DNA of 64,000 nucleotides from Ilumatobacteraceae bacterium (GTDB taxonomy: Bacteria > Actinomycetota > Acidimicrobiia > Acidimicrobiales > Ilumatobacteraceae): NCBI GenBank assembly GCA_049442935.1, contig JBMTOT010000001.1, positions 2,666-66,665 of the forward strand, read 5' to 3'. Each line of letters begins with the position of its first letter. Positions within the stretch are counted from its first letter, which is position 1. Below are positions 35,809 through 46,427 of this stretch, piece by piece. A model generated the notes under the pieces. That model was not told the DNA's origin, did no database searches, and saw only the letters and a list, made by a program, of their open reading frames with translations. The position numbers and the translations under genes are program-made.

Positions 35809-37164
35809 ATGTCGACCACCGAGACCAACCCGTTCCTCGAGGGAAACCTGGCTCCGGTTCACGAGGAAGTGACCGAATTCGACCTCTCTGTCACGGGGCG
35901 CCTCCCGGAAGAACTGACGGGGCGTTATCTGCGCAACGGACCGAACCCGGTGCGCCCCGTCAACCCCGCCAAGTACCACTGGTTCACCGGCACGGGCATG
36001 GTGCACGGCATCAAGCTCGACTCGGGTCGCGCCGCCTGGTACCGGAACCGGTGGGTGCGATCGGGGGACGTCGCCGATGCTCTCGGCGAGCCCCGCGTGC
36101 CGAGCGACTGGCCGGACGACCACCCGAATTTCCCGGCCAACACCAACGTGATCGGTCACGCAGGAAAGACATTTGCGATTGTCGAAGCTGGATCGCCGCC
36201 GGTTGAACTCTCGTACGAACTCGACACCGTGCGCGTGTCGAACCTCGGCGGCACCTTGCCGATGGCGTTCTCGGCGCATCCGAAGCGCGACCCCGTCACG
36301 GGAGAGCTGCATGTGATGTCGTATTGGTGGGGCTGGGGCAACCAGGTGCAGTACCTCGTCGTCGGCACTGACGGCAAGGTGCGCCGCACCGTCGACATTC
36401 CGCTGCCGGGCGGTCCGATGATCCACGATGTGTCGTTCACCGACAAGTGGGTGCTGGTGTTCGACCTGCCGTGTGTGTTCAACCTCGAGGCCGCCATGTC
36501 GGGGGCTTCTCTCCCCTACTACTGGGACCACAACTACGAGGCGCGCATCGGGCTGCTTCCGCGAGAGGGCACCGCAGACGAGATCGTGTGGTGCACGATC
36601 GACCCGTGCTACATCTTCCACCCGCTCAATTCCTACGACGACGGCGACACCGTCGTGTTCGACGCCGCCCGCCACCCGAAGATGTTCGACCGCGAAAAGC
36701 GAGGCCCGTCCGAGGGACGACCGACGCTCGACCGATGGGTGCTCGACACCCGAACCGGCTCATCGACCCATCAACGCATCGACGACCGCGGTCTCGAGTT
36801 TCCGCGCGTCGACGAACGACTCGTGGGCAAGCGCCATCGCTACGGCTACCTGGCCGGCGTCGGCGAGAGTTTCGCCCAAGATGCCCTGCACAAGGTCGAC
36901 ATGACGACCGGCGCGATGACATCGACGACCGACGCCCACCGTTTCGGCTACGGCGAACCCGTGTTCATTCCCCGCGATGCGGCATCGGCAGAAGATGACG
37001 GATGGGTGATGGCGATGCGCTTCGACACCGAACGCGGAGCATCTGACCTTGCGGTCTTTGATGCGCGCGGGATCGACGACGACCCGGTGGCTGTCGTTCA
37101 CCTTCCCGTTCGTGTGCCGAACGGCTTCCACGGAAACTGGATCGCCGACGACACTCAGCAGTAG
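35809..37164 (+). CDS. Carotenoid/stilbene cleavage oxygenase (RPE65/CCO family)
   Basis: NPFLEGNLAPV start and four conserved His contexts (HWF, AHPK, HDV, HGNW), typical of the family. Confidence 0.85.
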   Translation: MSTTETNPFLEGNLAPVHEEVTEFDLSVTGRLPEELTGRYLRNGPNPVRPVNPAKYHWFTGTGMVHGIKLDSGRAAWYRNRWVRSGDVADALGEPRVPSDWPDDHPNFPANTNVIGHAGKTFAIVEAGSPPVELSYELDTVRVSNLGGTLPMAFSAHPKRDPVTGELHVMSYWWGWGNQVQYLVVGTDGKVRRTVDIPLPGGPMIHDVSFTDKWVLVFDLPCVFNLEAAMSGASLPYYWDHNYEARIGLLPREGTADEIVWCTIDPCYIFHPLNSYDDGDTVVFDAARHPKMFDREKRGPSEGRPTLDRWVLDTRTGSSTHQRIDDRGLEFPRVDERLVGKRHRYGYLAGVGESFAQDALHKVDMTTGAMTSTTDAHRFGYGEPVFIPRDAASAEDDGWVMAMRFDTERGASDLAVFDARGIDDDPVAVVHLPVRVPNGFHGNWIADDTQQ

Positions 37165-37171
37165 GCGCGCG

Positions 37172-38638
37172 TCACGAATAGACGAGACAGCCGTCGTCGA
37201 GATCAGCCTCGGGAATGATCTCCTTCTCCACCCAGTAATCCTGGTTGTGCTGCCACTCAGGCTTGGTGCCCGATCGCGGCATGAGGTGTTGGCTGCGCAC
37301 CAGGTAGTTGGGGTTGAAGTTCTCGGGGTCGATCCACTCGCGAATCGGCATGTCGGCATCTTCGGGGCGAAGTTGCGGGGTGACGATCTTCTTGCCGAGT
37401 TCGTCCATGTGGGCAAGAAGCCCGCAGATGAAGTCGCCCATGAGATCGACTCGAAGCGTCCAGCTCGCGCGGAAATACCCGAACACCCACGCGAGGTTCG
37501 GCACGCCCGTGAACATCATGCCGCGGTAGGTCACGGTGTCGGCCCAGTCGACGGCCTTGCCGTCGACGACGAACGGAATGTCGCCGAGGACGCTGAGCGT
37601 GAACCCGGTGGCCGTCACGACAATGTCGGCGTCGATGACCGTTCCGTTCTTCGTCACCACGCCCGTCTTCGTAAACGTCTCGATTTCGTCGGTGACCATC
37701 GAGGCCTTGCCGGCTTTGATTCCCTCGAACAAGTCGCCGTCGGGAACGAACGCGATGCGCTGCTGCCACGGGCGGTACCTCGGCGTGAAGTGCGGGTCGA
37801 TGTCGTAGTCCTCGGGAAGATGCGCCTTGATGCCGGTGAACAGCTGCTCCTTCACGAGATCCGGGTGCGTCACGCACAGATCGGTGATCACCTTCTGGTC
37901 GAACAACACGCGGCGCCGCACGATCTCATGGATCCACGTCTCGTCGATCTCGAGCTGACGCAACGAGTCGGCCAGGTCGTTCGCATTGCGTCCGACGGCG
38001 AAGTACGTCGGCGAGCGCTGCAGCACGGTCACATGCGCAGTGGTCTCTGCCATCGCGGGCACCAACGTCGCCGCTGTCGCGCCCGAGCCGATCACGAGGA
38101 CCTTCTTGCCGGCGTAGTCGAGATCGTCGGGCCACGTCTGCGGGTGCACGATTCTTCCCGTGTAGTCGGACATGCCCGGCCACTCGGGGGTGTACCCCTG
38201 CGAGTGCTTGTAGTAGCCCTGGCACATCCACACGAAACCCGCCGTCACCTCGAACGTGGTGTCGGCATCGAGGTTGCGCACGGTGACGGTCCAGCGCGCG
38301 TCTGCAGACGACCACGACGCGCCCTCGACGCGGTGGCGATAGTGAATGTGTCGACCGAGATCGTTCTCCTCGATTACTTCGCCCATGTACGTGAGGATCT
38401 TGTCGGCGGTTGCGATCGGCGTTCCCGTCCACGGCTTGAAGCGGTATCCGAACGTGTACAGGTCGCTGTCGGAGCGCACGCCCGGGTAACGGTGCATGTG
38501 CCATGTGCCGCCGAACGACTCGTACGTCTCGTAGATCGCAAACGTCGATCCCGGGCGCTGCGTCTGCAAGTGGTACGCCGACCCGATGCCCGAGATTCCT
38601 GCGCCGACAATGAGAACGTCGAGATGTTGCTGCGCCAT
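37172..38638 (-). CDS. Baeyer-Villiger-type flavin monooxygenase
   Basis: GAGISG FAD motif, fingerprint-like YTGRIVHPQTWP, second Rossmann motif GSGATA. Confidence 0.8.
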   Translation of the reverse strand: MAQQHLDVLIVGAGISGIGSAYHLQTQRPGSTFAIYETYESFGGTWHMHRYPGVRSDSDLYTFGYRFKPWTGTPIATADKILTYMGEVIEENDLGRHIHYRHRVEGASWSSADARWTVTVRNLDADTTFEVTAGFVWMCQGYYKHSQGYTPEWPGMSDYTGRIVHPQTWPDDLDYAGKKVLVIGSGATAATLVPAMAETTAHVTVLQRSPTYFAVGRNANDLADSLRQLEIDETWIHEIVRRRVLFDQKVITDLCVTHPDLVKEQLFTGIKAHLPEDYDIDPHFTPRYRPWQQRIAFVPDGDLFEGIKAGKASMVTDEIETFTKTGVVTKNGTVIDADIVVTATGFTLSVLGDIPFVVDGKAVDWADTVTYRGMMFTGVPNLAWVFGYFRASWTLRVDLMGDFICGLLAHMDELGKKIVTPQLRPEDADMPIREWIDPENFNPNYLVRSQHLMPRSGTKPEWQHNQDYWVEKEIIPEADLDDGCLVYS

Positions 38639-38733
38639 GGCGTAGACCCTATGTCGCCGAGGTCACATGCGGCTCACCCAGAAGACGGGCCCCGTCGTCG
38701 TACGACATTCGACGCCCGTTCCGGTGGCGAACG

Positions 38734-39846
38734 TCAGCCCTGCCAACCCGTCGTCACGCCGCGAAGACCGGTCGGTGCGTGGTCACCGAACACGAGCTGC
38801 TCGAGCACGCCGATCCCTTCGCCAACGTTCGAATGTGCGCGAACCAGAGTCTGAATGTGCACCATCGACGGATCCTCCGGGTTCACCGCCGACAGGTCGA
38901 GCGTCTCGCCGTTCACGGCGAGTTCGCCGTGGGCGTGCCCGTGACCGTACGTCGGATGCGTGTAGCCGATGCCACGCATGCGAAATGTGACGACCGGCTC
39001 GAGCTCGATGCGAATCGACTCGCCGCCGAGCCGCTTGGTGGTGATCACCGTGTGCTCCATCTCTCTGGTGCCGCGACGCCACGTCATGTCGTAGTCCCAC
39101 CAGTTCATGTGCTCTGCCGCTTTCACACCCCACGTCGGCGCATCGGGCGAGGCGAGATGCGGAACCCATCGTGCCGCCGACATCCATCTGTGTCCGTCGG
39201 GATGCTCGAACGCGGCCGTGTGCGTGCAGAATCCGTCGAAATGGAGTGGCGCCCACAACCAGAAAATCTCTGGCGCGCGCGGCGGAAGATTCGTCGGCGC
39301 CGGTGCACCGACTCCCCTCACGCCCCACGACCGGTCGCGGGTTCCCCGCACGGAGTCGAGTCGAACGGTTTCGCCGTCGACTGTGATCGTTCCCGTCCAC
39401 CGACCCCACTGCGTCAGGCGCGTGGCGTCCATGGTGGCTCGGGTGTCGACCGTCATCGTCTGGCGCGGCTCCTCCACCGCGGCCGTGATCGCAGAGAACA
39501 CGAGGTCGGCAGTCACTCCGTGGTCGTTCGCGCCGAGTTCCAGCCTGACGGTGCGAAGCGGCTCGACGACGTGCACGGTGAACGGCCCGACCGTCGTCGC
39601 CCGGTCGTGTGGCATGCGCCCCGACACGAACACCGAGCGCTGTACGCCCCCGCGCACGATGCTGAACGCCCCGTCGATCACCCCGCGATTGGGGTAGTGA
39701 CCCATCGCGGCGGCGAAGAACACCGATCCGTCGTCGGTGAAACCATTGAACCAGTAGCGGTCGTAGTGGTTCGGGTCGCTCGAGACAGTGTGGGCCACGG
39801 GCAACGGGGTCTGATGAATCGGGAAATCATCGTGCGGCGTCAGCAT
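38734..39846 (-). CDS. Conserved hypothetical protein (370 aa)
   Basis: ATG at 39846 (MLTPHDDFPIHQTP...). It looks beta-rich and has no motif I can name. The upstream part of ORF 38734..40392 is antisense to the amidohydrolase gene. Confidence 0.55.
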   Translation of the reverse strand: MLTPHDDFPIHQTPLPVAHTVSSDPNHYDRYWFNGFTDDGSVFFAAAMGHYPNRGVIDGAFSIVRGGVQRSVFVSGRMPHDRATTVGPFTVHVVEPLRTVRLELGANDHGVTADLVFSAITAAVEEPRQTMTVDTRATMDATRLTQWGRWTGTITVDGETVRLDSVRGTRDRSWGVRGVGAPAPTNLPPRAPEIFWLWAPLHFDGFCTHTAAFEHPDGHRWMSAARWVPHLASPDAPTWGVKAAEHMNWWDYDMTWRRGTREMEHTVITTKRLGGESIRIELEPVVTFRMRGIGYTHPTYGHGHAHGELAVNGETLDLSAVNPEDPSMVHIQTLVRAHSNVGEGIGVLEQLVFGDHAPTGLRGVTTGWQG

Positions 39847-39936
39847 CGCATTCGACGGTAGCCGAACAACTCCTGCCACCTTCCCAGCCGGGTTGCAGGT
39901 GGGACTAGTTTCTGGGGCATCACGAAGGGGGTTCTC

Positions 39937-41682
39937 GTGTTCGACATCATCATCAAGGGTGGAACCGTCGTCGATGGAACAGGTTCGCCGGCACGCATCG
40001 CCGACATTGCAATTTCCGACGGTCGCATCGTCGACGTCGGCCAGGTGAGTGGCGACGCGAGAGAGACGATCGATGCCACCGGGTTGCTCGTCACCCCCGG
40101 TTTCGTCGACATCCACACCCACTACGACGGCCAGGTCACCTGGGACGATCTCCTCGAGCCCTCGAGCGGCCACGGTGTCACGACCGTCGTCGTCGGAAAC
40201 TGCGGAGTCGGCTTCGCTCCCGTTCGCCCCGGCAGCGAAGAGTGGCTCGTGCAGTTGATGGAAGGAGTCGAGGACATTCCCGGCACGGCGCTTCACGAAG
40301 GCATCGCCTGGGGGTGGGAGACGTTCCCCGAGTATCTCGACGCACTCGATGCGCGGAGATACGCCGTCGACGTCGCGGCATACGTGCCCCACGGTGCGGT
40401 GCGCGGCTACGTCATGGGCGAGCGTGGGGCGCGCAATGAGCCCGCAACCGCCGACGACCTAGCCGAGATGGCGCGCATAGTCGCCGACGCACGGCGCGCA
40501 GGTGCAGTCGGGTTTTCGACCAGTCGCACGATGGGTCACCGCGCCAAGGACGGCCAACCCGTGCCCGGCACCTTCGCCGACATGGACGAGCTGCGAGCAC
40601 TCGCTGAGGCACTCGCCTCGGCCGGCGGCGGCATCTTCGAGGTGGCGCCCGAGGTTTTGCCGAGCGGCGACGACGACCAACCGACGATGGGTCTCATGGA
40701 AGAGCTCGAGTGGATGGGTCGACTCGCCCTCGAGACGGACCTGCGCGTGTCGTATCTGTTGCTGCAGTACGCCACCATGCCGACGCAGTGGCGCGACGCG
40801 CTCGAGTATTCGTCGAAAATTCTCGACAAGGGCGGCTGGTTGCGCCCGCAGGTGGCCGCACGACCGTTCGGCATGATGATCGGCTGGGCCGGCTACCACT
40901 TCTTCACCAAGCGCCCGACATTTGTCGAACTGTCATCACGATTGTCGCTCGCCGACTTGAAGCGCGAGCTCGCAAAGCCCGAGGTGCGCGCACAGATTCT
41001 CGCCGAGCGTGACCTTCCGGTCGACAAGTCGGTTCAGTTCGACGGGCTCGGTCCGGCACTCGGCATGATCACCGACCGTGTCTATGTCATGGGCGACGAC
41101 GTGGACTACGAACCGACACCCGAGATGTCCGTGAAGGCACTTGCGGCCTCGGCCGGCGTCGACCCTCTCGAGATGGCCTACGACCTGCTGAACGAGAACA
41201 ACGGGGATGCATTCCTCATGTTTCCGACGCTCAACTATGTCGACGGCAATCACGACGCGATCCACGAGATGCTCACGCATCCGTCTGCAATCAGTGCGCT
41301 GTCTGACGGCGGGGCGCACGTGCGCATGATCTGCGACGCATCAATTCCCACCTACATGCTCACGCACTGGGCGCGCGACCGGGCCCGCGGACCGCGCATC
41401 AGCGTCGAAGAGGCGGTTCGGCTCCAGACATCGACGACGGCAGAGGTCATCGGTCTCGACGACCGCGGCGTGATCGCACCCGGCAAGCGCGCCGATGTGA
41501 ACGTGATCGACTTCGACCGCCTGCGCCTCAACTTCCCTCACTCGGTTGCCGACCTGCCTGCAGGCGGGTCGCGCCTGTTGCAGTCGGCCGACGGCTATGT
41601 GGCGACGATCGTCGCCGGCGAAGTGACCCGCCGCGACGGAGCCGACACGGGCGCTCGTCCCGGCCGACTCGTGCGCGCCTGA
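39937..41682 (+). CDS. N-acyl-D-amino-acid deacylase-like amidohydrolase
   Basis: GTG start. [15 protein letters not shown]...[11 protein letters not shown] metal-binding motif and D-aminoacylase-like length. Confidence 0.8.
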   Translation: MFDIIIKGGTVVDGTGSPARIADIAISDGRIVDVGQVSGDARETIDATGLLVTPGFVDIHTHYDGQVTWDDLLEPSSGHGVTTVVVGNCGVGFAPVRPGSEEWLVQLMEGVEDIPGTALHEGIAWGWETFPEYLDALDARRYAVDVAAYVPHGAVRGYVMGERGARNEPATADDLAEMARIVADARRAGAVGFSTSRTMGHRAKDGQPVPGTFADMDELRALAEALASAGGGIFEVAPEVLPSGDDDQPTMGLMEELEWMGRLALETDLRVSYLLLQYATMPTQWRDALEYSSKILDKGGWLRPQVAARPFGMMIGWAGYHFFTKRPTFVELSSRLSLADLKRELAKPEVRAQILAERDLPVDKSVQFDGLGPALGMITDRVYVMGDDVDYEPTPEMSVKALAASAGVDPLEMAYDLLNENNGDAFLMFPTLNYVDGNHDAIHEMLTHPSAISALSDGGAHVRMICDASIPTYMLTHWARDRARGPRISVEEAVRLQTSTTAEVIGLDDRGVIAPGKRADVNVIDFDRLRLNFPHSVADLPAGGSRLLQSADGYVATIVAGEVTRRDGADTGARPGRLVRA

Positions 41683-41692
41683 GGCTTGTCCC

Positions 41693-42436
41693 TCAGCGGC
41701 CCTTCCACTGGGGCGCGCGCTTCTCGGCGAACGCGATCGCGCCTTCCTTGGCGTCTTCGCTCGAGAACACCGTGCGCTGCAACTCGCCCATCTTCTTCGG
41801 GTCGCCCGAGCCGATCTCGGCGAGCATGAGCTCCTTGGTCGCCTGCACCGCGAGCGGGCCGTTGGCCGTCACGCGTGCCGCGAGAGCCATCGCCGCCTCC
41901 ATCAACTTGCCTGCCGGCACCACCTCGTTGATGAGTCCGAGTTCCTTGGCGCGATCGGCACTGATCGGGTCGCCGGTGAGACCCATCTCCATCGCGACGG
42001 CAAGTGGAATGCGCGCCGGCAGACGAACGCCGCCACCGGCAGCGAAGAGACCCCGCTTCACTTCGGGAATACCGAAACGTGCGGTGTCGACCGAGACGAT
42101 GAGATCGCACCCCATCACGACCTCGAAGCCGCCCGCGAGTGCGTGTCCGTTCACTGCCGCGATCAGTGGCTTCTTGCTGTCGCGCAACGCGGCGAAACCG
42201 AGTCCGATCTTGGCGAGGTCTTCGCCGGCCGCGAACGCCTTCAGGTCCATGCCCGCGCAGAAGATCTTCTCGCCCGCACCGGTGAGAACGATCGCGCGCA
42301 CTTCGGGGTTCTCGCCGGCGGCGGTCAATTCCGCGTGCAGGGCCGAACTCAGCGCACCGTTCAGGGCGTTGCCCGCCTCGGGGCGGTTGAGCGTGACGAC
42401 GAGGACGTTGTCCTTGAATTCGCTGAGAACTTCCAC
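41693..42436 (-). CDS. Enoyl-CoA hydratase/isomerase (crotonase)
   Basis: VVTLNRPEA.NAL, FCAGMDL and the GG..LA crotonase signature. Confidence 0.85.
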   Translation of the reverse strand: MEVLSEFKDNVLVVTLNRPEAGNALNGALSSALHAELTAAGENPEVRAIVLTGAGEKIFCAGMDLKAFAAGEDLAKIGLGFAALRDSKKPLIAAVNGHALAGGFEVVMGCDLIVSVDTARFGIPEVKRGLFAAGGGVRLPARIPLAVAMEMGLTGDPISADRAKELGLINEVVPAGKLMEAAMALAARVTANGPLAVQATKELMLAEIGSGDPKKMGELQRTVFSSEDAKEGAIAFAEKRAPQWKGR

Positions 42437-42499
42437 CTTGATCTCCTTCAGTGAGTGTTCCGTCAGCCTGTCACAGCCCGGGGGTCGTCCTCCAACCCG

Positions 42500-44305
42500 T
42501 CAGCGGAACTCGAGCCCGGCGAAGTCACCCGACTGCCACCAGTTCTCGAGATGTTCGAAGAATGCGACCGGGCCGCCGGGGTGGCCGCTTCCGTTCAGCA
42601 GTTCTCGACGACCCATGGGTCGACCTTCGTTGTTGTAGTACCCGGGAGTGCAGTCGGGGTTGCCGCGCAGACCGCGCTGGCTCGAGGTTATGAAATCGAC
42701 CCAGGAATCTTCGGCATCACGTGTCACCTCCACGCGTGCCAAACCGCTGTTCTCCGCGCGGGAGATCACGGCCGCGATGGCGAGCCCGTTCTCGACATAG
42801 TTCTGCGGTACGTTCGCTATCTGGTTCGCACCCTGGGAGAAGCCGAGGATGTGCAGGTTCGGGAAACCGTGCACGTGCATTCCGTGCAGACTTCGCATTC
42901 CGTCTTCCCAGTGCGACGACAACGTCACACCGTCACGGCCGACGACGTCGTAGCCGCTGCGCCGCGCGTACGACGTGCCGACTTCAAAGCCGGAAGCAAT
43001 GACCAGCACGTCGAGCGGGACATGTGCGCCGCCAACCCAGCCACCGTTCGCGTCGATGCGCTCGACTCCCCTTCCGTCTGTGTCGACAAGGTGCACATTC
43101 GGCCGATTGAACGACTGCAGGTACTCGTCATGGAAGCACGGCCGCTTGCACAACTGTCGATACCAGGGCTTCAGTGCCTCGGCGGTGGCCGCATCACCCA
43201 CCAACGCATCGACACGCGACCTGATCTCGGTCATCTTTTCGTCGTCTGACTCCTCGTAGGCACGCAGCAGGGTCTCGGGGCCCGGGTTCTCGCCCGCCTG
43301 CACGAGCGCGATCACGCGGTCGCGAATTCGCTGCGAGATGTCGGTCCACCCGTCTTTCACGAGGTCTTCCTCGGCGAATCCCATGGTCTGGAGCACCGTG
43401 AAATTCATCATCCACTTGCGCTGCCACCCCGTCTCGAGACCGGCAAACCAGTCGCGATCGATCGCGTGGTTGTTGCGCTCGTCGATCGCCGATGGTGTGC
43501 GCTGGAACACGAACAGCTCTTTTGCGGCGCGAGCGAGGTTTGGAATGCACTGCACCGCCGTTGCCCCCGTGCCGATGATGCCGACTCGCTTGTCTGCGAG
43601 TCCGGTCATGAGAGCACCCTCTGGGTTGCCACCCGTGTAGGCCCAGTCCCACCTGCTCGTGTGGAACGCGTGTCCCGCGAAGTCGTGCAAGCCCGGAATG
43701 CCCGGGAGTTTCGGCCGGTGCAGCGGCCCGGTTCCCATGCACACGTGCCGCGCCCGCAGCACGTCGCCGCGGTCGGTGCGCACGATCCATCGCGACGACT
43801 CGTCGTTCCACTCCACCGACTCGATGGCCGTCGAGAACAACGACCCCTCGTAGAGATCGAACGTGCGCGCAATGCGCTGCGCATGGGCGAAGATCTCCGG
43901 TGCCGTAACGTATTTGGCCGTCGGCACCGTGCCGACTTCTTCCATCAGCGGCAAATAGATCATCGCCGCCGTGTCGCACATCGCCCCCGGGTAGCGGTTC
44001 CAGTACCAGACACCGCCGACATCGCCGGCCTTGTCGACAAGTCGCACGTCGTCGATGCCTGCTTGCTTCAACCGGGCCGCCGTGACGAGCCCGGCAAACC
44101 CGGCCCCGATCACGAGGACCGTCACGTCTCCATCGACTGCCTCGCGCGGCTCGGCCGTGGACCACGGATCGTCGAGCAGCCCGGCAAAGCGTCCACTCGG
44201 CTCCAAGTACTGGTCGTTCCCGTCGGGTCGCAACCTTTTGTCGCGCTCTGCGAGATAACGCTGCTTGAGTGAGCGCCGCTCGTCGTCTGTCAGTGCCGTT
44301 GCCAC
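42500..44305 (-). CDS. Baeyer-Villiger monooxygenase
   Basis: GAGFAGL, fingerprint FAGHAFHTSRWD, GTGATAVQ. I place the start at GTG 44305, because the ORF-track start at 44521 would run into the upstream AIM24-like gene. Confidence 0.8.
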   Translation of the reverse strand: MATALTDDERRSLKQRYLAERDKRLRPDGNDQYLEPSGRFAGLLDDPWSTAEPREAVDGDVTVLVIGAGFAGLVTAARLKQAGIDDVRLVDKAGDVGGVWYWNRYPGAMCDTAAMIYLPLMEEVGTVPTAKYVTAPEIFAHAQRIARTFDLYEGSLFSTAIESVEWNDESSRWIVRTDRGDVLRARHVCMGTGPLHRPKLPGIPGLHDFAGHAFHTSRWDWAYTGGNPEGALMTGLADKRVGIIGTGATAVQCIPNLARAAKELFVFQRTPSAIDERNNHAIDRDWFAGLETGWQRKWMMNFTVLQTMGFAEEDLVKDGWTDISQRIRDRVIALVQAGENPGPETLLRAYEESDDEKMTEIRSRVDALVGDAATAEALKPWYRQLCKRPCFHDEYLQSFNRPNVHLVDTDGRGVERIDANGGWVGGAHVPLDVLVIASGFEVGTSYARRSGYDVVGRDGVTLSSHWEDGMRSLHGMHVHGFPNLHILGFSQGANQIANVPQNYVENGLAIAAVISRAENSGLARVEVTRDAEDSWVDFITSSQRGLRGNPDCTPGYYNNEGRPMGRRELLNGSGHPGGPVAFFEHLENWWQSGDFAGLEFR

Positions 44306-44354
44306 AGCCCTAGAGTACGGCGGCCGCAGTGCCTCGGGCTTGGTCGCGCGGGCG

Positions 44355-45131
44355 TCAGTCGCGGCTGAAAACTCCCCCGAGCGACCCCAGTGCGCCGCCG
44401 CCCGCACCGCTGTTCGAAGTGCCGAGCGCAGCCTTGATCCATCCGAGCAACTCATTCGGGTTGCGGGTCTGCACCCATACCTTTCCTGGGCCGGTGAAGT
44501 CGAACACGAATCCTTCGCCACTCTTGAACGACTGCACCATGCCGCCGGCGGCCGTTCGAAGATTCATGGTCACCGACGACTCATAGGCGACCATGTGTCC
44601 TGTGTCGACCGAGAACGTCTCGCCGGGTGCGAGATCGACGACTTCGAGCGCGCCGTAGCAGCCGATGACCATCTTGCCGTCGCCGTCGGCGCGAAGAATG
44701 AATGCACCCTCCGACCCGAACAGGTTCTTGAAGCCTCCCCACTTCGCGTCGATGGCAATGCCGAAGTCGTTCGCGAGCCACGACCCTTTCGAGACAAACA
44801 GCGGGTTCGACGACGAGACGGCCAACTGGGTCAGATCGCCGGGCAGCCGCGCGGCGATGTCGACCCAGCCACCCTGTGCGGGCGCCGTGTAGGTGGAGAT
44901 GAAGAAGGATTCTCCGCCGAGTGCCGCGCGCTTCAAGCTCTTCAACACTCCGCCCTCGGCACGCGATGCGAGCGACATTCCCGCCGACATCGCCATCATG
45001 GCGCCGCTCTCCACGCGCACCGATTCGTTCGGCAGCAACGTCACCCGTGCCACTCCGAAGGCCGGCCCTTGTCTCGTCTGAATCTCCACGTCGTGCTCCT
45101 TGTGCCAGTGTCGCCGATTGCTTCGCCGCAC
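44355..45131 (-). CDS. AIM24/TIGR00266-family protein
   Basis: Beta-rich, with a GGESFF motif and a Gly-rich C-terminal tail. The start may be GTG at 45089. Confidence 0.65.
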   Translation of the reverse strand: MRRSNRRHWHKEHDVEIQTRQGPAFGVARVTLLPNESVRVESGAMMAMSAGMSLASRAEGGVLKSLKRAALGGESFFISTYTAPAQGGWVDIAARLPGDLTQLAVSSSNPLFVSKGSWLANDFGIAIDAKWGGFKNLFGSEGAFILRADGDGKMVIGCYGALEVVDLAPGETFSVDTGHMVAYESSVTMNLRTAAGGMVQSFKSGEGFVFDFTGPGKVWVQTRNPNELLGWIKAALGTSNSGAGGGALGSLGGVFSRD

Positions 45132-45193
45132 GGTAACGGCGGCAACGGTCAGACACCAGCCACCCCCGCCACACCCCTCACCTACCCTGTGTC

Positions 45194-46414
45194 GTGATGG
45201 AAATCCTCATGATCGCCCTATTAGCCGCAGTCCTCGCCGTGCTCGTCGTGCTCGCGTTGCGCACCGGCCGCAACCAGCCGACGATGCCCGCCCCCGTCAC
45301 CCCGGCCGTCGACGTCGCCGAACTGCGTCGCGAAGTGTCAGACGAGATCAGCCGCACCGTGCGCGAGACGGTCAATCTCGGCCTCACCGAGGTCCTGGGC
45401 CAGCTCTCCGAAACAGCCCGACGCGACCGCGAAGAAGCCATCAGCCATGCCACCGACACCGTTGTGAGCAAAGGCAGCGAGCAGTTCAGCCAGCGCGCCG
45501 CAGAGATCGACAACACATTGAAGTCGGTGCAGCAAGCAATGACCGAGAAGCTGCAGGCGCTCAACAATGAGCTCGACAAGTTGAAGCGCACGAACGACCA
45601 GCAGTACTCCAGCGTGGAGAAAGCCGTCGAGGCACTTGCCAACCGCACCGAGAATCTCCGCGAGGTCCTCTCCAGCTCACAGAAGCGCGGCCAGTGGGGC
45701 GAGCGCGTGGTTGAAGACATGCTGCGCGCCGCCGGGTTCATAGAGAACACCAACTACACCAAGCAGGACGTGAACGAAGTCGGCGGACGCCCCGACTACA
45801 AGTTCCTCATGCCGCCCGATCGCGTGTTGTTCATGGACGTCAAGTTTCCCCTCGACAAGTACGCCGAGCACTTCAACGCCGAGACCGACGCCCTGCGCAG
45901 TCATGCCAAGACCGAATTCGTGAAGGCCGTCAAGATGCACGTCGACGCACTCGCCAAGCGCGACTACGTGAACAATGCCAAGGAAGAAGCCCTCGACTAC
46001 GTGCTTATGTTCCTGCCGAACGAGAGCATCAGCGGATTCGTGCACGAGGCCGACCCGGGCCTCATCGACTATGCGCTGAACAAAAAGGTCGTGCTCTGCT
46101 CGCCGCTCACGCTGTATGCGTTCCTCGTCGTCGTGCGCCAGGCAACCGACAGTTTCCACACCGAGAAGACCGCCGCCGACATCATGCAGCAGATCAACAA
46201 GTTCCACAAAGAGTGGGTGAACTACTCGAAGGCCGTCGCCGACGTGAAAGATGCCTTCACCAAACTCCAAGACCGCCTCGACTCGATCAGCGTCGACGGC
46301 ACGCGGTTCCGCAAGCTGAGCGTGCCGGTCCGAGACATCGAAAAACTGCGCACGCAGCAGGGCATTCCCGAGCTCGAGGCAGGCATCGCAGACGACGTCG
46401 ACGACGACGAGTAA
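45194..46414 (+). CDS. rmuC: DNA recombination protein RmuC
   Basis: N-terminal TM segment, long coiled coil, and a C-terminal nuclease-like region (RPDYKFLMP...VLMFLPNES). Confidence 0.85.
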   Translation: MMEILMIALLAAVLAVLVVLALRTGRNQPTMPAPVTPAVDVAELRREVSDEISRTVRETVNLGLTEVLGQLSETARRDREEAISHATDTVVSKGSEQFSQRAAEIDNTLKSVQQAMTEKLQALNNELDKLKRTNDQQYSSVEKAVEALANRTENLREVLSSSQKRGQWGERVVEDMLRAAGFIENTNYTKQDVNEVGGRPDYKFLMPPDRVLFMDVKFPLDKYAEHFNAETDALRSHAKTEFVKAVKMHVDALAKRDYVNNAKEEALDYVLMFLPNESISGFVHEADPGLIDYALNKKVVLCSPLTLYAFLVVVRQATDSFHTEKTAADIMQQINKFHKEWVNYSKAVADVKDAFTKLQDRLDSISVDGTRFRKLSVPVRDIEKLRTQQGIPELEAGIADDVDDDE

Positions 46415-46427
46415 ATCGCCCGCACAA

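Noticed and set aside
37049-38854. 601-aa ORF on the plus strand
   Set aside because: It is entirely antisense to a Baeyer-Villiger monooxygenase with clear cofactor motifs. Its translation is Arg/His/Val-rich with no recognisable domain.
44355-46414. AIM24-like gene plus rmuC as a possible defence pair
   Set aside because: They are divergently transcribed. Both families are widespread housekeeping-type genes, and nothing else defence-like (methylase, helicase, ATPase) is nearby.
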